A stretch of 64,000 nt of DNA. Origin: Eledone cirrhosa (lineage: Eukaryota). Both the position numbers and the translations under genes were made by a program. Under the pieces are notes generated by a model. The model saw nothing but the letters and a program-made list of their open reading frames with translations, made no database searches and had not been told where the DNA came from. Of the stretch, positions 15,035-29,092 are shown one piece after another; within the stretch, counting starts at the first letter, position 1; each line of letters begins with the position of its first letter. Where the stretch lies: NCBI GenBank assembly GCA_964016885.1, contig OZ024753.1:31930001-31994000 (forward strand), given 5' to 3'.

Positions 15035-18000
15035 ATGATAGTAGTAGTAGTTGTAGTAGTAGTAGTAATGATAGAAGTAGTAGTTGTAGTAGTAGTAGTA
15101 ATGATAGAAGTAGTAGTTGTAGTAGTAGTAGTAATGATAGAAGTAGTAGAAGTAGTAGTAGTAGTAATGATAGTAGTAGTAGTAGTAGTAGTAGTAATGA
15201 TAGAAGTAGTAGTTGTGATACTATTGCTGTTGGATGTTTTGATATGAAAATTTACACACAAAAAAAGGAAATACTGCACATGGTGAAGATGGCGGTGTTG
15301 GTGGTGGTGGTGGTGTTGGTTGTGGCAATATTCCTGGTGGTGGTGGTGGTGGTGGTGTTCCTGGTGGTGGTGGTGGTGGCAAAGTTCCTGGTGGTGGTGG
15401 TGGTGGTGGTGGTGGTGGTGGTGTTGGTGGTGGTGGTTGTGGTGGTGGTGGTGGTGGTGGTGACAATGTTCCTGGTGGTGGTGGTGGCAATATTCCTGGT
15501 GGTGGTGGTGGTGGTGGGTACATGTGTTGCTGCTGTTACTGCTGCTGCTGATGGTCACGTTGCTGTTGTTATTGTTACTGATACTGGTGGTAGTTGCATT
15601 GTTGTTGCTGGTGTTGTTATTGCTGTTCTTACTGTTGTTGTTGTTACTGTTGCTGTTGTTGCTACTGTTGTTGTTCTTACTGTTGTTGTTATTGCTGTTG
15701 TTACTGTTGTTGTTCTTACTGTTGCTGTTGTTGTTACTGTTGTTGTTGTTACTGTTGCTGTTGTTGTTACTGTTGTTGTTCTTACTGTTGTTGTTGTTGC
15801 TGTTGTTACTGTTGTTGTTGTTACTGTTGTTGTTGTTGTTACTGTTGCTGTTGTTGCTACTGTTGTTGTTCTTACTGTTGTTGTTATTGCTGTTCTTACT
15901 GTTGTTGTTGTTACTGTTGTTGTTGTTGTTACTGTTGCTGTTGTTGCTACTGTTGTTGTTATTGCTGTTGTTGTTATTGCTGTTCTTACTGTTGTTGTTG
16001 TTACTGTTGTTGTTGTTGTTACTGTTGCTGTTGTTGCTACTGTTGTTGTTATTGCTGTTGTTACTGTTGTTGTTGTTACTGTTGTTGTTGTTACTGTTGT
16101 TGTTACTGTTGTTGTTCTTACTGTTGTTGTTGTTGCTGTTGTTGTTACTGTTGTCGTTGTTACTGTTGTTGTTCTTACTGTTGTTGTTGCTGTTGTTACT
16201 GTTGCTGTTGTTGCTGTTGTTGTTACTGTTGTTATTGCTGCTGTTGTTGTTGTTACTGTTGTTAGTTGTTGTTACTGCTGTTGTTACTGTTATTGTTGTT
16301 GTTGCTGTTGTTGTTACTGCTGTTACTGTTGTTGTTACTTTGCTGTTGTTGTTATTGCTGTTGTTACTGTTGTTATTGCTGTTGTTACTGTTGTTGTTGT
16401 TACTGTTGTTATTGCTGTTGTTACTGTTGTTGTTACTGTAACTGTTGCTGCTACTACTGTTATTACTGTTGTTACTGTTGTTGTTGTTGTTGTTGTTGTT
16501 GTTACTTTTGCTGTTACGGTTGTTGTTACTGTTGTTATTGCTGTTGTTACTGCTGTTGCTGCTGTTGTTACTGCTGTTGTTATTGTAACTGCTGTTGTTA
16601 CTGGTGTTGTTGTTACTGTTGTTGTGATGGTTGTCGGCCTGCTGTCAAAGCTATCAGTCGGTGGTTTGCGTTATTATTACTATTATTGCTGTTATTACTG
16701 TTATTACTTTTGTTATTACAACATGGTAGTGGTAGTGATGGTTGTGGTAGTGGTGCTGGTTGTGATGGCTGTGGTAGTGGTGGTTGTGATGGTGGTTGTG
16801 ATCGTGGTTGTGATGCTGGTTGTGATGGCTGTGGTAGTGGTGGTTGTGATGGTGGTTGTGATCGTGGTTGTGATGCTGGTTGTGATGCTGGTAGTGGTGG
16901 TTGTGATGCTGGTAGTGGTGGTTGTGATGCTGGTTGTGATACTGGTTGTGATGCTGGTAGTGGTGGTTGTGATGCTGGTTGTGATGCTGGTAGTCGTGGT
17001 TGTGATGCTGGTTGTGATGCTGGTTGTGATGCTGGTAGTGGTGGTTGTGATGCTGGTTGTGATGCTGGTAGTGGTGGTTGTGATGCTGGTTGTGATGCTG
17101 GTAGTGGTGGTTGTGATGCTGGTTGTGATGCTAGTAGTGGTGGTTGTGATGCTGCTAGTGGTGGTTCTTATGCTAGTAGTGGTGGTTGTGATGCTGGTAG
17201 TGGTGGTTGTGATGCTAGTAGTGGTGGTTGTGATGCTGGTAGTGGTGGTTGTGATGCTGGTAGTGGTGGTTGTGATGCTGGTAGTGGTGGTTGTGATGCT
17301 AGTAGTCGTGGTTGTGATGCTGGTAGTGGTGGTTGTGATGCTAGTAGTGGTGGTTGTGATGCTAGTAGTGGTGGTTGTGATGCTAGTAGTGATGGTTGTG
17401 ATGCTAGTAGTGGTGGTTGTTATGCTGGTTGTGGTGGTTGTGATGCTAGTAGTGGTGGTTGTGATGCTAGTAGTGGTGGTTGTGATGCTGGTAGTGGTGG
17501 TTGTGATGCTAGTAGTGATGGTTGTGATGCTAGTAGTGGTGGTTGTTATGCTGGTAGTGGTGGTTGTGATGCTGGTAGTGGTGGTTGTAATGCTAGTAGT
17601 GGTGGTTGTGTTGGTTGTGATGCTAGTAGTGGTGGTTGTGATGCTGGTTGTGGTGGTTGTGATGCTGGTAGTGGTGGTTGTGATGCTAGTAGTGGTGGTT
17701 GTGATGCTGGTTGTGGTGGTTGTGATGCTGGTAGTGGTGGTTGTGATGCTAGTAGTGGTGGTTGTGATGCTAGTAGTGGTGGTTTTGATGCTAGTAGTGG
17801 TGGTTGTGATGCTGGTAGTGGTGGTTGTGATGCTAGTAGTGGTGGTTGTGTTGGTTGTGATGCTAGTAGTGGTGGTTGTGATGCTAGTAGTGGTGGTTGT
17901 GATGCTAGTAGTGGTGGTTGTGATGCTGGTAGTGGTGGTTGTGATGCTGGTAGTGGTGGTTGTGATGCTAGTAGTGGTGGTTGTGATGCTGGTAGTGGTG

Positions 18001-21000
18001 GTTGTGATGCTAGTAGTGGTGGTTTTGATGCTAGTAGTGGTGGTTGTGATGCTGGTTGTGGCGGTTGTGATGCTGGTTGTGGTGGTTGTGATGCTAGTAG
18101 TGGTGGTTGTGTTGGTTGTGATGCTAGTAGTGGTGGTTGTGATGCTAGTAGTGGTGGTTGTGATGCTAGTAGTGGTGGTTGTGATGCTGGTAGTGGTGGT
18201 TGTGATGCTGGTAGTGGTGGTTGTGATGCTAGTAGTGGTGGTTGTGATGCTGGTAGTGGTGGTTGTGATGCTAGTAGTGGTGGTTGTGATGCTGGTAGTG
18301 GTGGTTGTGATGCTGGTTGTGATGCTAGTAGTGGTGGTTGTGATGCTGGTTGTGATGCTGGTAGTGGTGGTTGTGATGCTGGTTGTGATGCTGGTAGTGG
18401 TGGTTGTGATGCTAGTAGTGGTGGTTGTGATGCTAGTAGTGGTGGTTGTGATGCTAGTAGTGGTGGTTGTGATGCTGGTAGTGGTGGTTGTGATGCTGGT
18501 AGTGGTGGTTGTGATGCTGGTTGTGGTGGTTGTGATGCTAGTAGTGGTGGTTGTGATGCTAGTAGTGGTGGTTGTGATGCTAGTAGTGGTGGTTGTGATG
18601 CTAGTAGTGGTGGTTGTGATGCTGGTAGTGGTGGTTGTGATGCTGGTTGTGATGCTAGTAGTGGTGGTTGTGATGCTAGTAGTGGTGGTTGTGATGCTAG
18701 TAGTGGTGGTTGTGATGCTGGTAGTGGTGGTTGTGATGCTGGTAGTGGTGGTTGTGATGCTGGTTGTGGTGGTTGTGATGCTAGTAGTGGTGGTTGTGAT
18801 GCTGGTAGTGGTGGTTGTGATGCTAGTAGTGGTGGTTGTGATGCTGGTTGTGGTACTTTGCTCATTCAATGTTGTCTTCCACTAGTTTCAAACTTGAGAG
18901 TCAATGGTTCAATTTATATCTCACTATTCCCACCATGGCAGCTGTTGTGGTTGCCATCGATAGCTAATTGGTTGATTGGTAAATTGCTTGACTCATTGCC
19001 AGCTTGCTTGCTGCTCTTGCTACTGGTAATTGTAGGTGATGCTGTTGTTGTTGTCTTCTTGTCGTCACTACAGTGTTGTTGTTCTACTGATATTGCTTTG
19101 CAGTTGTTGTTGTTTCTGTAGTAGTAGTAGCTGTATTAGTAGTAGTTCTAGTAGTAGTACTAGTAGTTGTAGTAGTAATTGCTGTAGTTGTAGTAGTAGT
19201 AGTAGTTGTAGTAGTAGTTGTAGTAGCTGTAGTAGTAGTAGTTGTAGTACTACTAGTAGTTGTAGTAGTAGCTGTAGTAGTAGCTGTAGTAGTAGTAGTA
19301 GTAGTAGTAGTAGTTGTAGTTGTAGTTGTAGTAGTTGTAGTAGTAGTGGTTGTAGTAGTAGTTGTAGTAGTAGTAGTTGTAGTAGTAGTTGTAGTAGTAG
19401 TAGTTGTAGTAGTAGTAGTTGTAGTAGTAGTAGTTGTAGTAGTAGTTGTAGTAGTAGTAGTAGTAGTAGTAGTAGTTGTAGTAGTAGTAGTTGTAGTAGT
19501 AGTGGTTGTAGTAGTAACTATTGTAGTAACAGTAGTCGTAGCAGTATCAACATTAGTTGTTACAGTTATCGCTGTAGTAGCAATAGTTGTTGTTGTTGTT
19601 GCAGTTGTTGCTACAGTAGTAGTAATAGTTGTATTTACCGTTGGAATTTGTGCTGATCATGATATATGCTGCTTGTATAGGTAGCGGTGTTGTAGTAGGG
19701 GCTAGTGTTGTAGTAGGTAGTGGTGCTCTTGTAGTAGGGGCTAGTGTTGTAGTAGGTGGTGCTCTTGTAGTAGGTAGTGGTGTTGTAGTAGGTAGTGGTG
19801 GTGTTGTAGTAGGAGCTAGTGTTGTAGTAGGTAGTGGTGGTGTTGTAGTAGGGGCTAGTGTTGTAGTAGGTAGTGATGCTCTTGTAGTAGGTGGTGCTGT
19901 TGTAGTAGGGGCTAGTGTTGTAGTAGGTGGTGCTGTTGTAGTAGGGGCTAGTGTTGTAGTAGGTGGTGTTGTTGTAGTAGGGACTAGTGTTGTAGTAGGG
20001 ACTAGTGTTGTAGTAGGTAGTAGTGCTGTTGTAGTAGGGGCTAGTGTTGTAGTAGGTGGTGCTGTTGTACTAGGGCGTGGTGTAATCAGTTGCAGTGGTG
20101 GTACAGGGGTAGTTGTAGTTATGTACGTAGTTACTACTTACAGTATATGTGGTAGTGTAGTTAGTTACAGAATAGTTATGGTACAGATGATAGTGCAGTA
20201 AGTTACAGTATAGGTATGGTACAGATGGCAGTAATTGTACAGGTGGTAGTGCAGTGAGTTACAGTATAGGTATGGTACAGATGGTAGTAATTGTACAGGT
20301 GGTAGTGCAGTAAATTACAGTATAGGTATGGTACAGATGTTAGTAATGGTGCAGGTGGTAGTGTACGTTGTCACAGTATAGGTATAATCCAAGTGGTAGT
20401 GATAGTGCAGTAGTATGTTGTAGTATGGTGCTGGTGCTAGTTACAGTGTAGGTAATAGTATAGTTTATAAAGCCAAACACTTACAAATGTCAACTGTTGT
20501 AACAATACTGTTGCAGTAGTTTAACCCTAGGTCAGCCCTGATCCACGAGACCTATAATCAAATATGATCCAACCATAATTATTCCAATCATTCTGTCATT
20601 GCTTTTCCTTTTTTTTTTTTTTTTTTTCAGGAATAATATATCTTGGATTACATTATCCTATGTGTTCTTTATTTTAAGATAGTAGGGTGTGGCATGAGGA
20701 GAAACTTAGCTGCACTTTCTAGTAGTCCAATGACCACACATATGGTATTAGTGTCTCATAGTTGTTATTTAACTCCAAGTCGTCTCTGATCAAACGACTT
20801 TCCCGCCGTGCCCACCCTGACATTTTATGTAGCCGAGAGACTATATCAAACACATCTGTCTGTCTTGTTCTGTTTTTTTTTTTTAAAGACAGTTGGGTGT
20901 AGTTGGAGGGATGTGGCTGCTATTCTTAGCAGCTCGTAGAGTCTACACCTTTACTGAGGCTTATGTTGTTGTTGTTGTTGTTGATGATTGTTGTTATTGT

Positions 21001-21287
21001 TGTTGTTACTATTATTGTTGTTATTGTTGTTGTTGTTGTTATTATTGTTGTGGTTACTGTTGGTGTTGTTTTTGTTGTAGTCACTATTGTTATTGTTGAA
21101 GTAGGTAATGCTGCTGTTGTAGTCTATGTTGCTGCTGTTGTTGTTGTTGCTGTTGCTGTTCTTGTTGTTGCTGTTGCTGTTGTTGCTGTTGCTGTTGCTG
21201 TTGTTGCTGTTGCTGTTGCTGTTACTTTTGTTAAAGCACCTGCCAATAAACTATTTTGTTTCTAAAGGAGAATAATTTAAAACAGGG

Positions 21288-21319
<32 letters not shown>

Positions 21320-23110
21320 ATTTATCTGATTAAAACACAGCTGGTGTTGTTAGTGGTGTTGTTGTTGTTGTTACTGGCGTTGTTGTTGTTGTTGATGTTG
21401 CTGGTGTTATTGGTGTTGTTTTTGCAGCTGATGGTGACTGGTCTGTTGTTGTTAGTGCTGTTGTTGTTGCTGCTGCTGCTGCTGCTGTTGTTGTTAGTGC
21501 TGCTGATGGTGACTGGTCTGTTGTTGTTAGTGCTGTTGTTGTTGTTGCTGCTGCTGCTGCTGCTGTTAGTGCTGCTGTTGTTGGTGACTGGTCTGATGTT
21601 GTTGTTGTTGTTGGTGACTGGTCTGATGTTGCTGTTGTTGTTGTTGTTGTTGGTGCTGTTGTGACTGGTCTGATGTTGCTGTTGTTATTGTTGTTGTTGT
21701 TGTTGGTGCTGTTGCTGTGAGTGGTCTGATGTTGCTGTTGTTGTTGTTGTTGTTGGTGACTGGTCTGATGTTGCTGTTGTTGTTGTTGTTGTTGTTGTTG
21801 TTGGTGCTGTTGCTGTGACTGGTCTGATGTTGCTGTTGTTGTTGTTGTTGGTGCTGTTGTTGGTGACTGGTCTGTGGCTGTTGCAGCAATGCTAGTGTAA
21901 ACAGCAGTAAATTGTTGCAGCTGATGTACTGTTGGTGGTGGTGGTGGTGGTGGCGGTGGTGGTGGTGGTGGTGGGGTGGGGTGGGGGGGTTGTGATAGTG
22001 ATGGTAGTGGTGGTGGTGATAGTGGTGATGATGGCAGTGGTGGTGGTGGTGATGATGGTAGTGGTGGTGGTGATAGTGGTGATGATGGCAGTGGTGGTGG
22101 TGGTGATGATGGCAGTGGTGGTGGTGGTGATGATGGTGGTGGTGGTGGTGATAGTGGTGATGATGGCTGTGGTGGTGGTGATAGTGGTGATGATGGCAGT
22201 GATGATGGCAGTGGTGGTGGTGATAGTGGTGATGATGGCAGTGGTGGTGTTGATAGTGGTGATGATGGTGGTGGTGATAGTGGTGATGATGGTAGTGGTG
22301 GTGGTGATAGTGGTGATGATGGCAGTGGTGGTGGTGGTGGTGGTGGTGTGGATTATGGAGGAAGCAGAGGTGGTGTTGGTGTTAATGGTAAAATGATGGG
22401 GTGGTGTAGATAACAATCAAGAGATGAAAGTGGTAGTGGCGGTGGTGGCAATGAAGAGATACAGGTGGTAGTGGTGGTGGTAGCAATGAAGGTGGTAGTG
22501 ATGGTGGTGGAGGTGCTAGTGGTGGTGGTAGTGATGAAGAGATGGAGTTGGTAGTAGTGGTGGTGGTAGTGATGGTGGTGGAGGTGGTAGTGATGGTGGT
22601 GGTAGTGATGGTGGTGGAGGTGGTAGTGATGGTGGTGTTAGTGATGAAAAGATCGAGGTGGTAGTGGTGGTGGTGGTAGCGATGAAGAGATGGAGATGGT
22701 AGTGGAGGTGGTGGAGGTGGTAGTGGAGGTGGTAGTGGGGGTGGTAACGATGAAGAGCTGGAGGAGGTGGTAGTAGTGGTGGTAGAAATTAAGAGATGGA
22801 GGTGGTAGTGGTGGTGGTAGCAATGAAGAGCTGGAGGAGGTGGTAGTAGTGGTGGTAGAAATTAAGAGATGGAGGTGGTAGTGGGGGTGGTAGCGATGAA
22901 GAGCTGGAGGAGGTGGTAGTAGTGGTGGTAGAAATTAAGAGATGGAGGTGGTAGTGGTGGTGGTAGCAATGAAGAGATGGAGGTGGTAGTGGTGGTGGTA
23001 GCAATGAAGAGATGGAGGTGGTAGTGGTGGTGGTAGCAATGAAGAGATGGAGGTTGTAGTGGTGGTGGTGGTGATGAAGAGATGGCGGTAGGTGAGGTGG
23101 TGTTGGTGGT
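14465..23110. repeat. ~8.6-kb field of compound trinucleotide-derived repeats (GTA, GTG, GTT, a 21-bp GTGATGCTAGTAGTGGTGGTT array at ~16720-18850, and GGT/GAT-rich repeats)
   Basis: Direct reading; G/T-rich on + throughout, with short unique spacers. Confidence 0.95.
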
Positions 23111-23340
23111 AGTGTAAATGATAGTGGTCTCTCAAGTAATAACAATAAAATAAATTGTTTTTCTTACCACTTTACTTCTCTAATTAGTTTTAGTCATGAC
23201 AGCTAAGGCCACACTGGGGCACTGCATTTATGATGACGATGGATTATTTATAATATGAATATAGATTTGATGTTAAAGTAGAGAGAGAAAAAGAATTCTC
23301 TACTGTATTGGTCAGAGAATATAAGATGTTCATGATGATG

Positions 23341-23403
<63 letters not shown>

Positions 23404-23594
23404 ACGATATTGATATTATGATATGCCTTCATCAGACAAAATACAATATATACCAGTTTTATAAATAAACATTGACGTACCCTTTCAAAATGCGACCGTT
23501 ACTTTTGGAAGATACTATCCTGATGTCTTCCAAAAGTAACAGTCGCATTTTGAAAGGGTACATCAATGTTTATTTATAAAACTGGTATATATTG

Positions 23595-23659
23595 TATTTT
23601 GTCTGATGAAGGCATACCATAATTTAACTTGGTATCCTTGAAATATGTATAATGAAATA
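23595..23659 (+). ncRNA. Minimal type-I hammerhead ribozyme motif at the right arm of foldback 23418-23620
   Basis: 8-bp stem I TATTTTGT/ATGAAATA, CTGATGA 23603-23609, stem II AGG(C)ATACCA/TGGTATCCT, then GAAA-TATGT-ATA. Confidence 0.7.
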
Positions 23660-23811
23660 AATATGGTTTTATAAATATAGTTTCCATTTGTCAATATCGT
23701 ATATCTACTCCAAATACTTGTCGAGTGCTTTATATCAGTTATAAAAATATTTGCTTATTGTATCCCAACAATTTAAATAGAACTTTTGCATATATATATA
23801 TATATATATTT

Positions 23812-23846
<35 letters not shown>

Positions 23847-24419
23847 CACACACACATATATATATATATGTGTGTATATATATCATGAGGGACGAATATA
23901 AGGAAAAATGGCCTGGGGATGGCAGAAAAGGTGATGGCCATATGATATTAAGGAATGGTAAGAAAGGGGTTTGATGGAATGTACAGCACTGGCAAGAGAC
24001 AGGAAAAGATGGAGAGTTCTGGTCCATCAGATATGCTTGCATGGGTTAGATGGGTCACCTGCATTATGAGACAAGTCTGGCCAGTTGGCCGAGCTGTACC
24101 TTGCTCAAATGGAATGGTATTTTGGCCGAGATTTATTTTACAGCTGGATGCCCTTCCTAATACCAACCGTGTTATGTAGATTTCCGAGTGGTGTCAGGGG
24201 GGGGGGGGGGGGGGTAACGACAGATGAAAAAGGTACTCAATATGTTGGTACAGTATAAGCATCTTTAATATATATAGAAATGACTTCTACAGAACTAGAA
24301 CCATTTCATTTGTATAAAATCATCATTTCATTCCTGATGGTTTCATAAAAATGAAATGGTTCTAGTCCTGTAAAAGTCATTTATATGTGTATATATATTC
24401 ATTAATATTGTAAATAAGT

Positions 24420-26260
24420 ATTAAATGCTATGATGAAGTTGTTCACTGCAAGTGATAGACAACTGGAAACACTACTGCAGATGGTACATGGGTTTACAAA
24501 AGAAATACATATGAAACATTGATAACATGCTAGATAAAAAAAAATAAGATAAGAGAACTAGATAAAAACAAAACAGACATACAAATATTTAGGGTTTAAT
24601 GAATCAGACAGGGTCCAACACTCACAAATGAAATATAAGATGAGAAATGGATATTATATGTATATTTGATTGCTTCTTCTAAGCTACAATTTGAATATTC
24701 TTAACTGGGCACTAAAAGAACTATCATGCCTAGACAGGAAAATAAGAAAAGAAAGGATAAATCAGGTGTAGAAAGATTATACTCATCACAAACACAAGGT
24801 GATAATGGTTTTATAGAACCAAATTAAAAGTACAATAAAATATCAACAGTAGGAATACAAAAATACATAATGAAGAATAATGGAGAGTTAATGCAAACTA
24901 GCTATCAAGTATGAACAAACCAAAAACAACAACAAAGAAAAAAGAAAATGCTTTTCTGTCTTCAAGAAAGCCAATAAGATCAAAGCAGAAGCTGAGTTGA
25001 CAGCTGATTACAAAGAAAGTGAAAAAACAAATAGTGAAAAAAGCTAAAATCTACATTGAAGACATCTCTGTAGAATTCCATGTTAAAACATTCACAAGAT
25101 TAACCCTTACATGGACAATAACTGAACAAGCAAAATAGTACACATGGAATATTCACAGCATTGGTTAACCTCTTCAGTTCTGTAGATGAGATAACTCGTC
25201 TTAACATGCATTCCAGTGCTACGGACGAGAAAACTCATCCTCACAATGTTTGAACTCATTTCCAACTGTTCATGACTTCATAGTAATGAACTCATTTCCA
25301 ACTGTTCATGACTTCATAGTAATGAACTCATTTCCAACAATTCATAACTTCAAAGCTAGATGGGGTTACTAGTTTATTGGTGTGATGTTTGCCAATCAAA
25401 ATAGTTATTTTACTGAAGAAAAAAACGAGCACAGCAACTGTAGCTGTGTAAAATATACACAGCATTCAACAAGTTAAGATGTGATGGCGTCAAAGCTGTG
25501 ACTAAAGAATTCCTAATTGCAACCCAATATCAAAACCTCCCAGCAAGAAACCACCAAAAGTACATAATGAAGCAGAACACTGTAACTGCAAAATATGTGT
25601 TGATGGGGAACATACATTTAACCACATGTCCCAGACTGCCTAGTCTTAGCCAAGAAAGAATATATATTGACAGATATGACATAGTGGGGAGTTACATACA
25701 CTGGAAGTTATGTCAGCATTATGAAATATGAATAGAAAAGTGGTGGTACAGGTATACATCAGAAAAAAGTGACAGAGAATGACAAAGCAACCACATTCTG
25801 GGATAAGCCTAGACACACAGGCAAGGAGATCTAAGTTAATCAACCAGATATTGTAGTCAAAGACAACTAAGAAATAAAAAAAGAAATGTCTTCTAATTGA
25901 CATCGTTCTTCACAGACAAGAATATATCTCTCAAAGAAACAGAAAAAATATCCAAATATAAAGATCTGGAGATAGAACTAACCCGAATGTGGATGATGAA
26001 AACAGAAACAATTCCTTTAATAATAGGTGCTCTGAGAAAGATATAAATTCACACGGAGATACATAACTAAAACCCCAAGTCTTACAAATATTTACAAGTA
26101 TATATAACATACAAAAATAGCTCTAATAGACACTGCACACATATTACGAAAAATACTTTCAATACAATAGAAACAACACTGCACATACCCAAGATGTACA
26201 AAACTCTGCTGTGTAATGCAGTGACATCACACAATGAAAATAAATAATAATAATAATAAT
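24420..26260 (+). mobile_element. Degenerate R4/Dong-clade (restriction-like endonuclease) non-LTR retrotransposon 3' part, with (TAA)n tail
   Basis: Frameshifted peptides YIDRYDIVGSYIHWKLCQHY, QPDIVVKD..KCLLIDI and KETEKISKYKDLEIELTRMW..IPLIIGAL (PD..D..K RLE motif). Interrupted at ~25160-25480. Confidence 0.85.
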
Positions 26261-26775
26261 TGTTTCTACTTTAGGCACAAGGCCAGCAATTACCCAGTGC
26301 ATTACTGGTACTTTATTTTATCGACCCCGTAAGGATGAAAGGCAAAGTCAACCTCTAATATAATTTTGTTTTTATTATTTTTAGTAATTCTTTCAGTCGT
26401 TAGACTGTGGCCATACTGGGGCATTGCTTTAAAGAAATTTACTCAATCATATTAGCCCCAGTACTTATTTTTTTGTTTGACACTTATTTTATTGACCTCT
26501 CCTTGCTAAACATTTAAGTTGCGGGGCATAAGCAAATGCAGACATGCACACACACACATATTACACACACACACACAGGGCTTCTGTTCAATATCTGTCC
26601 CTCAAATTTCACTCACTATTTATTCGTTAATTCTTGATTGTACGACTAAATCTGAAGCCATGTAGTTGACAAGTAAATTTATAAATCACACAGCCATGCC
26701 TGTGCTGATACATATGTATATATTTTTATATATATATATAATATAAGATCAAAAGATGGTTAAAAGAGTTCAAAG

Positions 26776-26846
26776 TATTTTATTATGCGCATTTCAAAAA
26801 CAAATATCATCATGGGATGATATCTGCGTTCTCATCAGATAAAATA
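26776..26846 (-). ncRNA. Minimal type-I hammerhead ribozyme, best-preserved copy; same family as 2771-3054
   Basis: Perfect 8-bp stem I TATTTTAT/ATAAAATA, CTGATGA, long stem II, GAAAT-GCGC-ATA (palindromic loop III, AUA cleavage triplet). Confidence 0.8.
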
Positions 26847-26890
26847 GGGAGACAAGTTATGAAGCTTATATATATATGTATATATAAATA

Positions 26891-26970
<80 letters not shown>

Positions 26971-27110
26971 TATGTTTATATATATATGTATATATAAATA
27001 TAAATATGTGTTTATATATTTGCATTTGAGCTCGGAAGAAACTTCTCTATTCTTCTTTGAGCTAATATTATTATTATTACTGTGAACTGCGGAATACTAT
27101 TCATTCCGAT

Positions 27111-27154
<44 letters not shown>

Positions 27155-27451
27155 GTATGTTTATATATATATAGTAATAATAATAAATGTGAAGACTAAA
27201 ATCCAAAGAGGGCTCGATAAGGATAAATGTATTTCAGAAGATCCCATTAAGGGTGAAAGCAGCGATTCTTTGCTTAAACTTTAATCTGTTATTTTAATAA
27301 ATATATATATATATCAATATAAATATACGTTTGTTTATATATATAAATATATATAAATATATGTTTATATATATATGTATATTTATTATTATTACTATAT
27401 ATATGTATATAAATATATGTGTATATAAATATATGTTTGTTTATATATTTA

Positions 27452-28435
27452 CTAGCATTAAAGCCCGGCGTTGCTCGGGGTCATTAAGTTACCAAAGTTA
27501 GGTTGCACCACCCATTTTATGGCAGCACTTTTTTGTCTGCCAGGCACTGGGTGAATGAATTGCAGACCTGGAAGCAGGAGCTGCGCCAGCAGTGACAATT
27601 GTAGTTTCGCCTATGGATATTATCTCTGTGCCAAAAAGCGTTTAAATTTATTGTTTCACAGTACTTGCGCAACACGCGCGTAGACGATGCCAGCCAAACA
27701 ACAGAGCTGTGATGGAGTTGTTCTGCATGGTTGTCTGTGTGTTTTCTAAATTTAAGACAGTAGGGAGGGTTGTGATATGAGGGAGAGTTAGCTGTTGTTT
27801 CTAGCAGGTTTAGTGACCTGATAGAGGATATGTGTTTTCTAAATTTAAGACAGTAGGGAGTGGTGTGATATGGGGGAGAGTTAGCTGCTGTTTCTAGCAG
27901 GTTTAGTGACCTCATAGAAGATATGTTTTCTAAATTTAAGACAGTAGGGAGGGGTTTGATATGGGGGAGAGTTAGCTGCTGTTTCTAGCAGGTTTAGTAA
28001 CCTCATAGAGGATATGTATTTTCTAAATTTAAGACAGTAGGGAGGGGTGTGATATGGGGGAGAGTTAGCTGCTGATTCTAGCAGGTTTAGTAACCTCATA
28101 GAGGATATGTGTTTTCTAAATTTAAGACAGTAGGGAGTCATGTGAACAGACAGTATCACCATCAAGCTTGGAAAGAGAAAGTAGCAGAAAGTATGAAGTT
28201 GTATAGATTTTGAATGGTAGTAGAAAGAGTTCAGCAGTTTAAATGAGAGAGAAAAATCGTAAAATATTGAGTTTTATCTATTTTTTGCGTAATTGTGGGT
28301 GAAATTGAAAAAATTATCTGCGTCAAGACGCAATCGAAGCTGTTTCGAGTTGTGAATTGTAAATTTCAATTGAAGAAATTCTATATCGTAGATTTCTATA
28401 ACGAAGGAGCATGACCGCACACTGAGCTTTATAGA
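27452..28435 (-). mobile_element. Non-autonomous Helitron with internal ~93-bp tandem repeats (~4.3 copies, 27740-28135)
   Basis: On the minus strand: A|TC 5' end, subterminal hairpin CCCGAGCAACGCCGGG, CTAG|T 3' end. Confidence 0.8.
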
Positions 28436-28737
28436 TTATGATATCATATATACATATATATCATCATCATCGTTTAACATCTATCTTCCACCTGGCATGG
28501 AAGTTGTCGGGAGTTGTCCCACTTGAGGCAAGATTGGTCAGGTTAGCGTTCCTCACTCGTATAGGACTATCTGGCAGGTTTTCTACACCAACCACATTTA
28601 CAGTGTGGAAGTGGGAACTTTTTACTGTGTTACCTACACCACCACATTACAGCATGATATATATATATGTGTATGTGTGTGTGTATGTGCGTGTGTGTAT
28701 ATATATATATGTGTGTGTCTGTGCGTGTGTGTATGTG

Positions 28738-28770
<33 letters not shown>

Positions 28771-28787
28771 CTGCGTGTGTGCGTGTG

Positions 28788-28824
<37 letters not shown>

Positions 28825-28843
28825 CTGTGCGTGTATGTATGTG

Positions 28844-28874
<31 letters not shown>

Positions 28875-28947
28875 CTGTGCGTGTGTGTATGTGTATATAT
28901 ATATATATGTGCGTGTGTGTGTGTGTGTCTGCGTGTGTGTCTCTGTG

Positions 28948-28978
<31 letters not shown>

Positions 28979-28997
28979 CTGTGCGTGTGTGTATGTG

Positions 28998-29036
<39 letters not shown>

Positions 29037-29055
29037 CTGTGCGTGTGTGTATGTG

Positions 29056-29092
<37 letters not shown>

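Noticed and set aside
14395-19121. Very long ORFs (up to 1213 aa; poly-V, -T, -C, GCDA repeats)
   Set aside because: Stop-free frames of trinucleotide-derived repeats, open in several frames on both strands, with no domain or splice support.
19555-20140. Minus-strand mucin-like frame (TTTLAPTTTAPP...)
   Set aside because: Looks like a PTS domain, but has no start or convincing splice sites, is bounded by stops, and is continuous with the (GTA)n microsatellite.
27230-27275. Hammerhead-like CAGAAGA-TCCC..GGGT-GAAA; also partial cores at ~3401, ~55535 and ~58010-58055
   Set aside because: Core mutated or half missing, and the stems do not close.
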